Of a DNA stretch of 64,000 bases, positions 27,112 through 48,993 are shown piece after piece. The notes beneath the pieces are model-generated. The model was given only the letters and a program-made list of their open reading frames with translations, did no database searches and had not been told where the DNA came from. Numbering within the stretch: the first letter of the stretch is position 1; each line of letters begins with the position of its first letter. The stretch is taken from positions 299,150,001 through 299,214,000 of the forward strand of contig OZ024742.1 of assembly GCA_964016885.1 (NCBI GenBank), in the 5' to 3' direction. The position numbers and the translations under genes were made by a program. This stretch comes from Eledone cirrhosa. Taxonomy: Eukaryota.

Positions 27112-27672
27112 ATATATATATATATATATATATAATTTCCACCATTTCAAAAACGCATATTACATTTATTATACACAATCAGTGTACTGTGGAGGTTCTG
27201 TACAAAAATTTCTCCGTCTGATTAAACAACAACATCTATATGTTAATTCGACTGTGAAAGAGGCAAGCTAAAAAGGCGGTCTCTACACGGTTGTGTGAAG
27301 TGACTTAAAAGAAACAGCAGCTAAATCCTCTCGAATTATACTCTCCTATATTTAAAAAGGGGGACAAAAACATTGACAATGTAGTATATATATATATATT
27401 TAGAGAGAATGGCTTCTACTGGAGTAGAACTGTTTCATTCGAAGGAAATTATCAGAAAAGCCAACTTGCATTGTAATGCAGTGGTATTTGTATGTTTTCT
27501 GGTGGTTGGGGAATGTGGTGAAACAGTTCTAGTCTTTTAGCAGCCATTTCTATATTAAATTTGTTGTATACAATGTATTGTGTACTTTACTGTGGTCAGC
27601 CCCGATTGAACCCGGGACTCTCACTCTCTCTCATATACACACACACACACATATATATATATATACATATAT

Positions 27673-27722
27673 ACAGGGTGTCCCAAAAATGTATACACGC
27701 TTCAACAGCATTCTAATAAAAG
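27673..27722. mobile_element. Tc1/mariner-like MITE end (relative at ~56447-56548)
   Basis: TA-cagggtgtcccaaaaatgtatacac terminus. The copy at 56.5 kb has both degenerate ends. Confidence 0.45.
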
Positions 27723-27762
27723 TGTGAATATATATTTATGTGTGTGTGTGTTTGTGTGCGTT

Positions 27763-27807
<45 letters not shown>

Positions 27808-27814
27808 ATAATGA

Positions 27815-27994
27815 TAATTGGTTCTACTTTTGGCACAAGGCCAGTAATTTCCCAGTACATTACTGGTACTTTATTTTATCGACCCCGTAAGGATGAAAGG
27901 CAAAGTTAACCTCGGCGGGATTTGAACTCAGATCATAAAGGGACGTAACTCTATGCTGCAAAGCATGGCGTCCGACCTTCTACCGATACTGCCA
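27815..27994 (-). mobile_element. tRNA-derived SINE
   Basis: Family match. Confidence 0.9.
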
Positions 27995-28742
27995 ATATAA
28001 TAATGTATGCTAGCTGAAAGATCACATTTAACCATGAAACTACAAGATGAAAGCTGATCTGCGATTATACAAATGCTAAGACTCCACCACCATCACCACC
28101 AACAACACCAATGTTAATGACAATAGCAAAAGTGACAACACCTACAACAATTGTAATTCATGTTTTGGTAGATGATTTTTGTTAAATGTAATCCTATAAT
28201 ATGAATTGTATCTATACGTTTGTTTGAACAATACTTATATTCTTTTACTGGCATCAATAATTAGACTGCGGTTATGCTGTAGTTCTGCCTTAAAGGATTT
28301 AATCAATAAAGAATTCTGCACTTATTTATTCAAGTCTGGTTCTTATTTTAACGATCTCTCTTTTATGGAACCATTTTCAGAACACAGCTATAGACAGGGA
28401 TATCATTATTATTGGTTGTAGCAGTGGTGGTGGTGCTGGTGGTGATAGTGGACGGGTAGTGGTGGTGGTAATGGTTGCGGCGTTAAAGACTCAGGCCAGA
28501 ACTAGTTGTGTAAAGGCAATTAGCAAAGGTAAATTAAGCTGACCATCCGGTGTTTTCGTTTTTCCAGACACTGTCTATCATTTTTGTATCATAGCACGGA
28601 GGGATTTAAAGGTGATTTAACTGTTATTTGTAGCAGGTCGCAAAGAATATAGGCTCATTCATAGGTTTGATTCATTTAAAATATTATTTTCTCATAAAGG
28701 AGAATGATGATAATCCAAAAAGAAAAATATTCTTCCTTACGG

Positions 28743-28828
<86 letters not shown>

Positions 28829-28913
28829 TTCTCTCTCTCCACACACACATACACACACATATATATATTTCAGTAGAATGAACACTTCATTCTTGCTCTT
28901 GTGTTAGCATGTG

Positions 28914-28971
28914 AACAGAACTGCAGACGCTATTGTTTCTGGGTATCACCCTTCATCAGTACAGCACACTG
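28914..28971 (-). ncRNA. Type I hammerhead ribozyme motif (inverted copy)
   Basis: gctgta-CTGATGA-agggtgataccca-GAAA-caatagcg-TC-tgcagt on the minus strand. Confidence 0.65.
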
Positions 28972-29222
28972 CTATTTTCAAAAATACACAGTGACTGATC
29001 GGCCTGATTTGGATATTAGCAGACTGGCTGATCAGTCAGATCTGCATATTAACAGATCCACTGATCAACCAGATTTGCATATCAGCAGACTGGCCAGTTA
29101 GTTTCCGGTATACGAGCGATAAATGGCCGGCTTTGCCATTTTCAAACAAATAAGGCCGATCAGTCACTGTGTATTTTTGAAAATAGCATATATTTTCACC
29201 AGCTATGACAGTTTGGCAGGTG

Positions 29223-29282
29223 AACAGTGAGCTGTACTGATGAAGGGTGATACCCAGAAACATTAGTGTCTGCAGTTCTGTT
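29223..29282 (+). ncRNA. Type I hammerhead ribozyme motif
   Basis: gctgta-CTGATGA-a-gggt-gat-accc-a-GAAA-cattagtg-TC-tgcagt, with distal helix I aacag/ctgtt. Confidence 0.75.
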
Positions 29283-29647
29283 GACATGCCAACACAAGGG
29301 CAAGAATGAAGGGTTCATTCTACTGACATGGCTATAAAATTGAGGCATGTTTGCATAATTGGAAACAAATCGAATGTTATTATTGACATTCGAAAAACTC
29401 AGAGCGAAAATTTTCTTATATATATATGCATGGTTACTGAACGACAGCATATCAACAAAAGCTAACTATTTTTATATAACTTCGATTCGCCTGTTTGATA
29501 AAAACGTATGGAATAATCATTGAATAACAACTTTTCTGTACCTTCGAAATGAACATTACAGAATGATGTACGTGAAATTTATGTTGAATATGTGATAACA
29601 ACTCTCTTCCTTTTCGTAACACACACACACACACACACACACATATA

Positions 29648-29682
<35 letters not shown>

Positions 29683-32239
29683 ACACACATACATATACCT
29701 ATTACCATATTTTATGCCCATCTATGCACGCTTGTCATGAATATTTGCACCTGTCTGTGAATGTATATGCGTGCGTATTAATATATTCAATAATGTACAT
29801 ATGGTGGATATCTAAACTATTTAAAATGTTATTTGAATAGACAACAACATCTGCATTCATAACTTAGTGCAAATATCTTTCTTCAATATTATACAATACA
29901 ACGACAATACAATACAAACGAATTATTTACTTCAATGATATATTGAAATGTTCAGATATTCTGCTGAAATGATGCCAGTCCTGGTAATCTCATACACTTG
30001 GCTGCATTGTTTAAAGTTATCAGTAAACACGAAATATTTCCAAGGGGAAATATCTAATTCTTCGTTGAAAGATTTTCCAAATAAACAGAAAATAAACAAA
30101 CGAAAATTAACTATTTTGTTTTGATTTATCATAAACATTATGAGACACGTTTTTGCCAGTATTTATCTATAAATACCACTGGGTAAATTATACACAGCTT
30201 ATTTATGAAAATTTTGAGAAACTTTACTTTCTCTCTTACTTATTACTAAGCTCATTTAACTTTATAGCTTTTGGAAACCTGTGTGTGTGTGTGTGTGGGG
30301 GGGGGGGGGTAAGTGTGAAAGGCAAACAGAAATAACAAAGCAAACGACACTGTACAATGAGGAAATATATTATTAGTTTCATGCTTGATATAGTAGGAAG
30401 AGAGTCATAAAGTTTCGTTTGCTAGTCCTTCATCAGTAAATAGAATGAGAAATTAAAGAAGAAATAGAAAGATTGAGGAGACGGGCAGTGGCGGAGACGA
30501 AACAAAATATATATATATATATATGCGTGTGTGTGTGTGTGTATGATCGCCTTTAATCTCTTCCAGGTAGTGGTAAAGTAGGGTTGCAGTTTAATGACTG
30601 AATTCCGTAAAAATAAAAGAATTATTCAAGCATGATATATATTCATAAAAATAAAAATTCTATGCTAAAACAACGAAATTGTTCCTGGCACAGATCTTAA
30701 ATTTCATTACAATGTCACCAATACTTACTGGCTTTAGTCATTATAGTATCGCCATTCTAGAATGCTACCTTGATCCAGTCAATCACGTCGATGCACATAG
30801 TTTTTTGTCATGTCTTTTAAGTATTTTATCGATCTGTGGGTGTCGGGTTGTGTTAAGATTGAGTATTGTCACCACTCCTATTCATTTTCTTCACGAACAG
30901 AAATGACATGCACAGTTAGTCTCATGACTGGCCTGTATAGGATCAGTCGGCCGGACTTTGCATGCCCTTATTCAATTTATAAATTTAGGTTTTAGAAATG
31001 TCTCCCTTGTGATTCTAAACAATGATCATAATTATAGCTATAGCGTGCCTCTTCTTCAAACGTGAAATTTTAAGTCAATGAAATTTTCGTAAGCTTATTG
31101 AATTAACACTCTAAGCACATCATACAGCTTATTTAACACTATCTTGAAATAAATCATCTTAGGTTAAACATTAGCCTACAACACATATATCTACTAAGAT
31201 CCCAATAACAATATCCAGATCTTGAAATGTAATCTAATCAACAAACTACAAACGATATTTAAGGAACTGAGTCGATCGAAGTTTCTCATATTTTTATTAT
31301 ATATACATTTCTTATCTTATATCACTTACTTTACAAACTGCGTGACCACCATCAAAATATAACATATATAAATGTAATAAAGAATCCTAATTTAATAAAT
31401 TGAACAATCTTTCATTTGCTAATATGTCTGTTTTCTGTGCATTTTGAAACAAAGTCTGGAGTCTATTACAAGTTCCCATTAGATATTCCATAAGTAAATA
31501 GATTGGTGTGCATTGGATTGTTAGCTTCCCTCCGCATTCCACACTGCATTGCTACGTGGAACAAACAAGCAACCAGAATAAAGACGCATATATCCGAATT
31601 TAATGACTACACCAGAACATTAGAAGCGTATATGAATGCTCATACAATATGTTTAAGTGTAATAAACTTACATGTATCTCGTTGTGTTTATTTCAAACTA
31701 TATTCCATTTTCCATTTATTTAAACCAATTAGAAACATTATCTTCTACATATAATCATTGTCAACCATACGTACTAAATTATGAAGACTTTGTCTACCTA
31801 CCTATATCTTTAGCTCGATAGCTAGCTATCTTCGGTTTGCAATTGGAATTTGTGCTTTGTTTTAATTATTGGTATTGTTGTCGAAAAATAAATACATTGG
31901 TAAGTATACATGAACAGATAACTATAGTCTGGAAGTCAGACAGACAGATATATAGACATCCAAAGAGAAGACAGATAGATAGATGGATAGATAGATGTTG
32001 ATTTCATTACTCTGTGGTGATAAATATATATAGCAGCTGTTTGACTCCTGATCCACTATCAACATTGTGTTGTAGAGATAGATATGACGATTTAAAATTC
32101 CAATTCTTCAAATAATTCTAGTAGAAAGTGTTCTAATGTGACATTTGTTTTGTCATTAAGATTGCAGTCAGTTTCATCAATCAGTTAAAATGCACTCTGC
32201 TTGGGCCATATCTTCCCGCTACCGTATTCATACCAATCT

Positions 32240-33415
32240 TGATTGCCATGAATAGAGCTTCGAAAGATGATATCATTGAACGCTGGATTAAATTCTATGA
32301 AGAACTGTACATCAGCAACTCAGAATAAACAACCATTCAGAATTCGACATGAGATGTCATTCCATCTATCTTAGCTAGTGAGATATCTCATGCCATCAAA
32401 AATCTGAAGCGAGGAACAAGCCCTGCACTAGACAGCATACACTCAGAATTCATCAAAGCTGGAGGTGAACCAATTATCAAAGCACTTCAATATCTCTTTA
32501 ACTATATGATCACCACTGGAAAAAACCCAGACATGTTCAAGAAAGCATTGATAGTTGTACTTTACAAAAAAGGTAGCAGACTCGATTGTGGGAACTATAG
32601 TCCTATCAGCTTACTGATTCACGTTTACAAGCTTTTCATGAGTATCATTGCAGCACGAATGAAGTTAGACCATTACGCCTTATTTCCTGAAACACAAGCC
32701 GCGTATCAACCTGGAAGAGGTACCATTGAGCATATCCTAGCTATTGAACAAATCATTGAGAAATCAATAGAATTCAACACCCCTGTGCACATCACCTTCA
32801 TTGATTTCATAAAACCACGTGAATCTACCCAGTTTTTGTCAACTCGTAAACAAGACCTCAATTAACAAAAAATACATCAACCTATTGAAAGAAATTTACA
32901 CTAACTCAGCATATAGCAAAACAGACTTGGAAACTACACACTGTATAGACATTTTGAAGGGAGTTAAGTAAGGGGATGTACTATCAGGACTTCTTTTCTG
33001 TATAGTTATAGCTGCACTTATTTACCAAACTGAAAAATAATGTTCCTCTGGCTATCAAATAGGAGGTAAAATCCTTTCAAATCTTAGCTATGCAGACGAT
33101 CTGGCCATCATAAGTTACTCTAGAACTGATCTGCAATACTTTCTCAATGTACTGGCCAAACATTCGCTGGAGGCTGGCTTACACATCAACATCTCCAAAA
33201 CAAAATGCCAATCTCCAACTCACAATCTACAACCAGCAAAGTTACGGAGTTTGTATATGTCGGTCACAAACTATCATTAAAGAACAATGGAATGGTTGCT
33301 GCGAATAACGAATGGATCTAGGTTGCACAGCTTTCAGCAAGAACAAGGAAGTACTAACATCAAAACGAGTCTCCTACCATTTGGAGGCTAAGATCTTTGA
33401 TACTTACATCCACTG
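32240..33415 (+). mobile_element. Degenerate RTE-clade LINE reverse transcriptase remnant
   Basis: SPALDSIHSEFIK, LYKKGSRLDCGNYSPISLL, QAAYQPGRGTIEHI, FIDF, GVK*GDVLS, LSYADDL. Stops and frameshifts present. Confidence 0.88.
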
Positions 33416-35631
33416 TCTAATTTATACAAAAATAAAGATCACACAAATCTGTAAAGTTTTACTGAGTAGGAAGACTAACACACAAGAGACCAGAAAATAA
33501 ACTTAAACAAGTTGAAAATTATGACATTTGGTGAATATGACTCCGAATAATTCAGAAATGTATATATTTTCACTCCGAATAATATAATATCACTCCGAAT
33601 AATTCAGAAATGTATATATTTTGATTGTCTATAAGCATAAATTTTGAATTCAAAATTATTGAAAATATTCTTGTGATCAACATTTTGACAATGCTTAGAC
33701 GGTGACATGACATTTGTTAGAGAGTAAGACAAAATGTCTTGGGGTATTTATTCCAGCTCTCTGTACTCTGTACTAATCGAGATAAACTTTGCTTTCAACT
33801 TTTTGTTATCGACAAAATAAAGGCCCAATCCAGGGCGGGGCATTGGTGACATTGCGAGAACGTAGGACGAGATGCATTGTTGTATTTGTTCCAGCTACTT
33901 GCATTCTGGTTTCAAATATCTTGATGGCCTATTTGGCTGATAGAATTATTCCATCGAATCAACACCACCACTTTGTGTTATTTTAGCAGAGTTCACTGTG
34001 TTATAAGCATTCAGGCCAGGCATCGAGTTTAAGGATACTTTCTGCTTATAATCCGTCTCTGGGGCCATGAAAATATCACAGTCAATGTCCCACCCCACCC
34101 CGACTAAACAGTAAATACAAAAGATGAAATATTCAGTAGACATTATCTAAGATTCTTCACATTTACGTTTTGTATTCATACAGTGTTATTAGATTTGGGA
34201 AAATACTTCTCTTAAACGCACAGAATGTACTGAAGTAGTTTGAGGAAGATTGTGTGCAAAGGCTATAGGAATACGGTTTCTGTATATAGAGAGGGAAATA
34301 AAGAGGCCATGACTAAGAAATCAACAGAGAATTTTAAGATAAACGGCTCATAAAATGCTATACAATATAGTCTTGATGGTTTAGAGATTAATTCGCAGCT
34401 GGTGTTGATAATAGGTTGATAATAGAAAGCGGTATTGTTAATGTCAGGTTTGAACGAATGGAGTGATAGAAGTAATTAATGAATACTGTCTTAATTATTT
34501 TAATTAATCAATATCTACCCACATATTTCCACGACATGCACTTATTCCGCTTACCTAAAGTAAACCTGATTACATTTGTACATAAATTAAATCTTTGTCA
34601 CTCACGACTGAAATACAATAAGCATTAAAATGTTATCGAACTCTTAAAGTTTATAGGATGAATTACTAAGGTGTCAAGCGAAGTGCCTTCGATATTCAAT
34701 AATGTTTATTATCGTTTTGAGTTCAATTCCCGGCAGATTTGATTTTACTTGAATCGGCTGTTCATTCCCCCTACCGAATCTACTGCATTGTAACATGATG
34801 TCTGCATTAGAAATCATTACTTTTTATGATGAAGTATTTTGCAAGGAACATTTTTTAGGAATTTAGAAAGAACACGTTAAGATACCTCATTATATTTCAC
34901 CAGAAATAAGTATAATACAATGTTCCTTTAAATATAATCTGTCCAATTAGGAAAATTATCTCTCGGTCGGAAGCACATCAGACCCTGGTACATTCAGACC
35001 TTTACACAGATAAACAGAAATACATGCTCACACTAATGCTAACTCAAAATACACAAGGAACATCTCCCTTATGAAGACCCACTTATATCTAAGATATATT
35101 CTGACCCGCACTTCCTCAAAATGTTTGAATAAACACACGTGTGATTTCCTCCTGTAAAGCGTGTTTTTTTCTTTTTTTCTTCCTCGTCTTACTCTGAAGT
35201 ATTTTTCTTCTTCTGTCTCTCTTTCTCTCTTCTGATGAAGGCCTAACGTCTGAAATCTTTAGAATGTTTTCGTACAATATCAAGCGTTAAACTAATATGT
35301 ATCTTCATATTACTGTATCATTCCTCTGAGTTGTTCTTCCTCGTTGACCTTTCGCATATATATATATGTCGTGTGTGTCTGATGCTAGCTAAGATGCTTC
35401 CATAGGCGTTATACCGGATGAGCATTCTATGCTCTTACAGAGCAGAGTGAGAGAACATGCTCCGAAATCATTAGACGTGTCCGTCGAACCTGCGGGTCCA
35501 GAATCAAACAGAGATCCACACAATGATCGCGTCTCGAGCTGTCCGCCGGGGAAACAATTGTAACACACAATAAATTGAGTTCAGATGCATCACTGATTTT
35601 TCGTTTTCTATTCTCTCTCTCTCTCTCTCTC

Positions 35632-35733
<102 letters not shown>

Positions 35734-37368
35734 GCAACGAAAGTGTGGTAAAAAACCATGGGGACCACAGAATACGATACTTAGGGTAGTAAAGTTGGTA
35801 ATAGGAAAAGTTTCAGGACCCCGACGGCTGAGCTCCTACCGTTTCGACAGCAAGATCTGAACTGTTCAGATCTAGCTGTCGAAACGGCCGGAGCTCAGCC
35901 ATCGGGTTCCTGACTCTTTTTCTATCATATATATCTCTATATATATATATATGGGGGGGGGGGTATAGAGACTGAGAGAGGGAGAGACAGGGAGAGAGAG
36001 AGAAAGTCCAGAGAAGGGCATATTTGCATTACTGTCATATATATAAGAAAATGAGTCTTTTTTTCCCAAAATGAAAAAAGAACGAGATGTTCTACACGAA
36101 TGAAAGTATAAGGAAAAAATATGAAATCGAAGATGCAACTGGAGTCTTTTTAAGAATATTTATTCGGTTCCTTTACCGGTTTTGCAGTTCTTATGCCTTT
36201 CAAAAGTAAAATTGAGATGGAGAGTTTGTGGTTTTTCTTGCATATATATATATAGGTAGTACATATAGGTACTACAATGGATTGAGAGCTAGCACCATCC
36301 TACTCCCACAATAAAGAGGAGCTGCCTCGACCTTTGCTTGACCGCACCTATTCTGCGCGCACGTGCGCTCTACAGAATATCTCAATTACACACACACGGT
36401 GGACAACAGAGACCAGGTACCGTTCCTCTCCGACAGATAACTTTCCCCCTCGGAAAACCCCCCATTTGATGGATGCGAAATCCGAAATATAGGGACAATT
36501 AAATCTCTCCCAAGGTAACTCTATCTCGTGTTATTATTTTTATTTTTTATAATCTTTTCTACGTCCCTCTACACACTATACATCTCATTCTACCTTTCCT
36601 CTTACATCTCTCTCTTCACCACCGGATTCTGTTACCCGGAGATTTACCCATCTGCATTGTTGAGGCTTCCAAAACGACCAAATTTTATATATATATATGC
36701 AATATGTTTTTCATCCCTTTATGAAATTTGGGTGAGATTCTGTGGATAGCTCAGCTGCTATTTTTGAGGTCGAATGATGTTACAGAGTCTCTCTTGATGA
36801 CTCGTAACCACAGAAATATACTGCAGTAAAAATAAGAAATTAACAAATGCTTGCTTCGCCTGAGGCGCCGACATCACTTCCATTTGCAAAGATACAACCT
36901 GCTATGAACAATTGCCCAGCAAGTTATCTGACCTGCCAACCTGTAAAAACTCAAACAGGGGGTACCATGAAAAAAAGATTGCCCCAAAACGGGGAGAAAT
37001 GAGGCAAAATGGGGAGATTTTACAGAATGAAAGCTATAGCCATTTACACAAGAGAAGACATCTTTCACCAACCCCAAACTGAGATCTCAACGTCGGTTGG
37101 GGTCAGCTGACAAGTCTGAAGTATTAAAAGCAACTTCGTAATTTTGTCACACACTGTAAGTTAAAATGGATTCTACGTGTTATATTCTACTTACGTTCTA
37201 CCTGATATGCACTCTACTAATGATATTTAACTTTTGCATGCAATTTATCCTGTATATGAAGGTTGCGTAATTAAATTATCTATTAACTTTTAGTTGAGTG
37301 TTATTTTAAATGAAATTTACTATTAAATATGAAACCACGATGCTGTAACTCAGCAATATTAATTCAAG

Positions 37369-37551
37369 GGCGGTGGATTGGCAGTATCGGTAGAGGGTCG
37401 GACGCCATGCTTTCCAGCATAGTTACGTCCCTTTACGATCTGAGTTCAAATCCCGCCGAGGTTGACTTTGCCTTTCATCCTTACGGGGTCGATAAAATAA
37501 AGTACCAGTAATGCACTGGATAATTGCTGGCCTTGTGCCTAAAGTAGAAAC
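37369..37551 (+). mobile_element. Young tRNA-derived SINE with TSD
   Basis: Near-identical to the 53548 copy. TSD aatattaattcaa (37355-37367, 37552-37564). Partial copies at 37630-37727 (-) and ~37845-37920 (+). Confidence 0.92.
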
Positions 37552-38155
37552 AATATTAATTCAATTATAATTAATTTTATTTTGATTAATATAGGAACTT
37601 AATTCGTAAAATATTAAATATTACAGTTAACTGTTTCTATATTTGGCACAAGGCCAGCAATTTTCCAGTGCATTAATGGTACTTTATTTTATTGACTCCG
37701 TAAAGTTAACCTCGGCGGGATTTGAACTATTAAATATTACAATTAATGAAATTAGACTTGCATCTGTGAGGTTTTCTGGTTAAAATTTTCGTATCACAAA
37801 AAAGTCATTCTGGGTTCAATGCCATCGTGCGGAAAACGATAGACGGCGTCGATAGAATAGTACCAGTAATACACTGCAATAATTGCTGGCCTTGTGCCAA
37901 AAATAAAAACAATTATTATTATTATTATTATTATTAGACCATAACAATGCCGACACTCCGCTAAAAACTTTTTTTAGAATGAAACCATTAACCCCAGTAG
38001 CTATGTTTTTAAGTCTGGTACTTATTTCGTCGACATTTCTTTGTAGTATACATACGTATGCATTCCCCCTCTCTCTCTATAATATATATATTTGTTTTAA
38101 CAGTGTGTTCTGTTATTATTTCTGGCAATATAACAATATGACCCCAAGTATAACA

Positions 38156-38209
<54 letters not shown>

Positions 38210-39639
38210 GCGTGTGCGTGCGTGCGTGCGTGTGTGCGTGTGTGTGTAGTATGTGTGTGTGCGTGCACACACCCAAACACACTCATACAGATACACACCT
38301 GAATGGTGATGTATCTTTCTCATGAAACGTTGTCTACGGACGTAAACACTGGTGAATATTTATTGCGCTCGAGTTGCCTAGAGAATGTCTTGTCACTCTC
38401 CCCAATATAGATGTAGCGAGCCAGTAGGAATTGACCTATTGTCAACACATATATATATAGAGAGAGATATTCTGATGGAGCTACCCTTGGTTTGACTATA
38501 AGGATTCAGTTGTTCGATCAATTGACAGTCCAAATCCTGAATTAAAATGTGAGTCGTCGGGTGTTCTGTGCACACATTGTATCCTTAAGGTAATTCCCAA
38601 ACCGAATCCGCGTCATGCAATATACTATAAGCCTGGCGATTTGAATTACAAGTAGAATAAATCTGCCATACAGTTTCTGTCTACCGGATTCCACTCACAA
38701 GATTTGAGCCGGATATACTGGTCTGTGAAAACGAGGGCGGCTCCAGTATTATAATCATAAATTCGTTTACAATATACAAAAATAATATTTATGTTTGTTA
38801 GTGAGAGAGGTGAACATGTAGTTTAGGTTTGATTTGGCAAATATATCATGTAAACTCTATTTCAGTATCTAAAATATTTGAAATGAAAAACGATCATTGA
38901 CTACACCAACAATTCACTTAACAATATATAAAATTTACACTATATTTAACTTATTTTACACTATATATTTAACAAAACATTACGTTATAGATAAAAGAAA
39001 GATAATTTGTTGTTTATTATCTCCGAAACCAACACAAAAACAATATAAATTGAAACTGAATTGATGGGGAAAGTAATCATATATTGCTACATTAACCCAC
39101 GGGATTCTTGAATCTAACTGATGTCGGCTACAATTCCAATGAATAAATATCGATTAGAAATTCAGATAATTTAATACATTCAACTAATTTTTTTCTCTGC
39201 CTCGGGCGAAATCTTTCATATGCGATTCACTGTTGTTAGAAGTCTTTAAAAACTATAGCATTCCATAATTAAATTAAAATGTCTATGTAATTAATAACTT
39301 CAAAATAATAGCATGTTTTTGGACTTAGCACATTCTTTTAAGAATATCCGATACAACTTGAATAATTCTTACTTTTTACATAATTGTAGATATCTATTGT
39401 TCTGTTACATCGAATGTTCACACTATCAAGATCATAATGGAAATATTTCATTTATAATTGAATATAAAGCGTTAGTACAGAGAAGTATGGCTGTGTGGTT
39501 AAGGAGTTTGCTTCGCAACCACATGGTTTCAGATTCAATCCCCTTGTATTCCATTGTAGGCATGTATCTTCTGCTCTAACCACGAGTTGACCAATATCTC
39601 GTGGAGGTAAATTCGGTAAACAGAAACTGTAATAATAAT

Positions 39640-40806
39640 AAATTTGAAGACTAAATTCCAAAGAGTGCTCGATAAGGATAAATATATATCAAATATATAA
39701 GAACCGTAAATCAAATATTTATTAAAATAACAGATTAAAGTTCTTCTGTTTCAGAAGATCCCGTTAAGGGTGAAATATAGTTCGTTATATTAAAAAATTC
39801 ATATTTTACGATCGTTTCTAGGATGTATATGTATGTTGGTATGTATATCATATAGATCTATGTAAAAATATTACAAATTATCAGAGGAAATATACACACC
39901 TTCACATATACTTCAGAAATGATGAGATTTGTTTATTGAAAAAAAAAAACAACAAAGATTTAATATAATAGGTCTGTTTGGGAACAGATTTTGAATTGAC
40001 AAATAGAAAAGTAGTTAGAGGTCAAGTTGATAGAATAGTAGTAGTAGAAATTTAATTTAGGGGTAGAGTAGTGCAGACTTATGTTTTGAATGGAAAGAAT
40101 ACTTTGAATGAAAAGAATACTTTGGGGATGAAAAGAGGTCAAGCTAGTGAAGGGTACACGAAAATTTGATGTTATTAAAGAATAATGTTAAAAACGAAGG
40201 AAAATAAAATGTTAGGGTAGGGGTATTAGTGAGAAATACCAATCTTATTTAAACCACAAGGAATCTAGATCTATAACAAGAAATTAAATTAATTGATAGG
40301 TATACTTATAGGGATACATTTATATTAATTCATATGAATGTGATAAATAAGAATTAGATGTTATTAAAGAGTGTTGTTAAAAACGAAGAAAAGTAAAATT
40401 TTGGGATAAGGGTAGAGCTGAGAAATACCAATCTTATATAAACTACAAGGAATCTAGATTCATAACAGGAAATCAAATTAATTTATAGTTATACTTTTAG
40501 GTATTAATTTTAGGAAAAGAGAGCTGTAAGAGGGAAATAAAATTATGAAGTTTTCAGTAATAAAGTTCTAATTATAGGTTAACTAAATTTAAAAAAAAAC
40601 TAATTACAATAATATGTAAAATATAAGTGTAAGGTGTATATTAATTAGGTTTATAATATTTGAAGGTTCTTCTATTTCTATGATTGCGAGATATAATTAA
40701 TTCTTGTCGCTTATTTAATAGGATATCCTTAGATTTCATTATTTCAAAAAGTTCCTGGAAGCATAATCTACACTCATATCTGTTATTTTGATAAGGGGTG
40801 GCCCTT
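39640..40806 (-). mobile_element. 3' part of the same PLE family as 4128-6740, without SINE insertions
   Basis: Reverse complement matches ~5345-6740 and continues into the terminal repeat family seen at 1734-1868 and 51474-51740. Confidence 0.88.
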
Positions 40807-40833
40807 TTATACATATATATATATTTACATATA

Positions 40834-40867
<34 letters not shown>

Positions 40868-40882
40868 CATATATATATATAC

Positions 40883-41505
40883 ATTATAGAAGTGGATGGA
40901 TATTCCAACAGGTACAATGTACTTGTAGAAATATTCAAGTTGTTTATAATACATGTGGTTCAATGGCACTAATTCGAGATACCAGAATATTTAATCATTT
41001 TTTAATTTATTTAGAAAATTGTTTAATAACCGTTTGTTTCGCTACTTTTATATTGTTCTGATATCTCGAATTAGTGCCATTGAACCACATGTATTATAAA
41101 CAACTTGAATATTTCTACAAGTACATTGTACCTGTTGGAGTATCCATCCACTTCTATAATTTATTCTCCTTATGTAGAGTACAAAACGTTGAATAATGCT
41201 GCTAAATTTAGTGGCAATTCGACATGTTTATAATATCCAGCTTTTATCAGCGACCTGATTTGCGTGTGTGTCACTTTAACGGCTTGACCGCATGCGTTGG
41301 GCAGGGAGCATAATATTTACTTGCTATACCTTATAGCGTGGAAATAGGGCTGTCTGAAGATTCATTTCTTTCCATTGGAAATTCGTTGGATTTCCAATCT
41401 TTCGGAATGATGAAACCGTCGGTAACAGCATCTGAACAGGTGATTATTTAATCATTTTTTAATTTATTTAGAAAATTGTTTAATAACCGTTTGTTTCGCT
41501 ACTTT

Positions 41506-41507
<2 letters not shown>
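40883..41507. mobile_element. Short element with ~105-bp inverted repeat plus ~60-bp direct repeat (PLE-like terminal architecture)
   Basis: 40883-40990 is inverted relative to 41056-41160. 40992-41053 is repeated at 41446-41507. Flanked by (TA)n. Confidence 0.65.

Positions 41508-48993
<7,486 letters not shown>

Larger units (their letters stand above)
28871..29325. mobile_element. Inverted-repeat element with hammerhead cores on both strands and 3 x 33-bp internal repeats
   Basis: Arms ~28871-29010 and ~29145-29325. Repeats start at 28995, 29028 and 29061. Confidence 0.8.

Noticed and set aside
27405-27555. Inverted element with CTGATAA...GAAA
   Set aside because: Probably another decayed PLE terminus, but the core and helices are too degenerate to call a ribozyme.
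33539-33625. Short repeat-spacer-like pattern (actccgaataat x3); also the duplication at 24190-24243
   Set aside because: Simple local tandem duplications in eukaryotic DNA, not a CRISPR array: no unique spacers and no cas genes.
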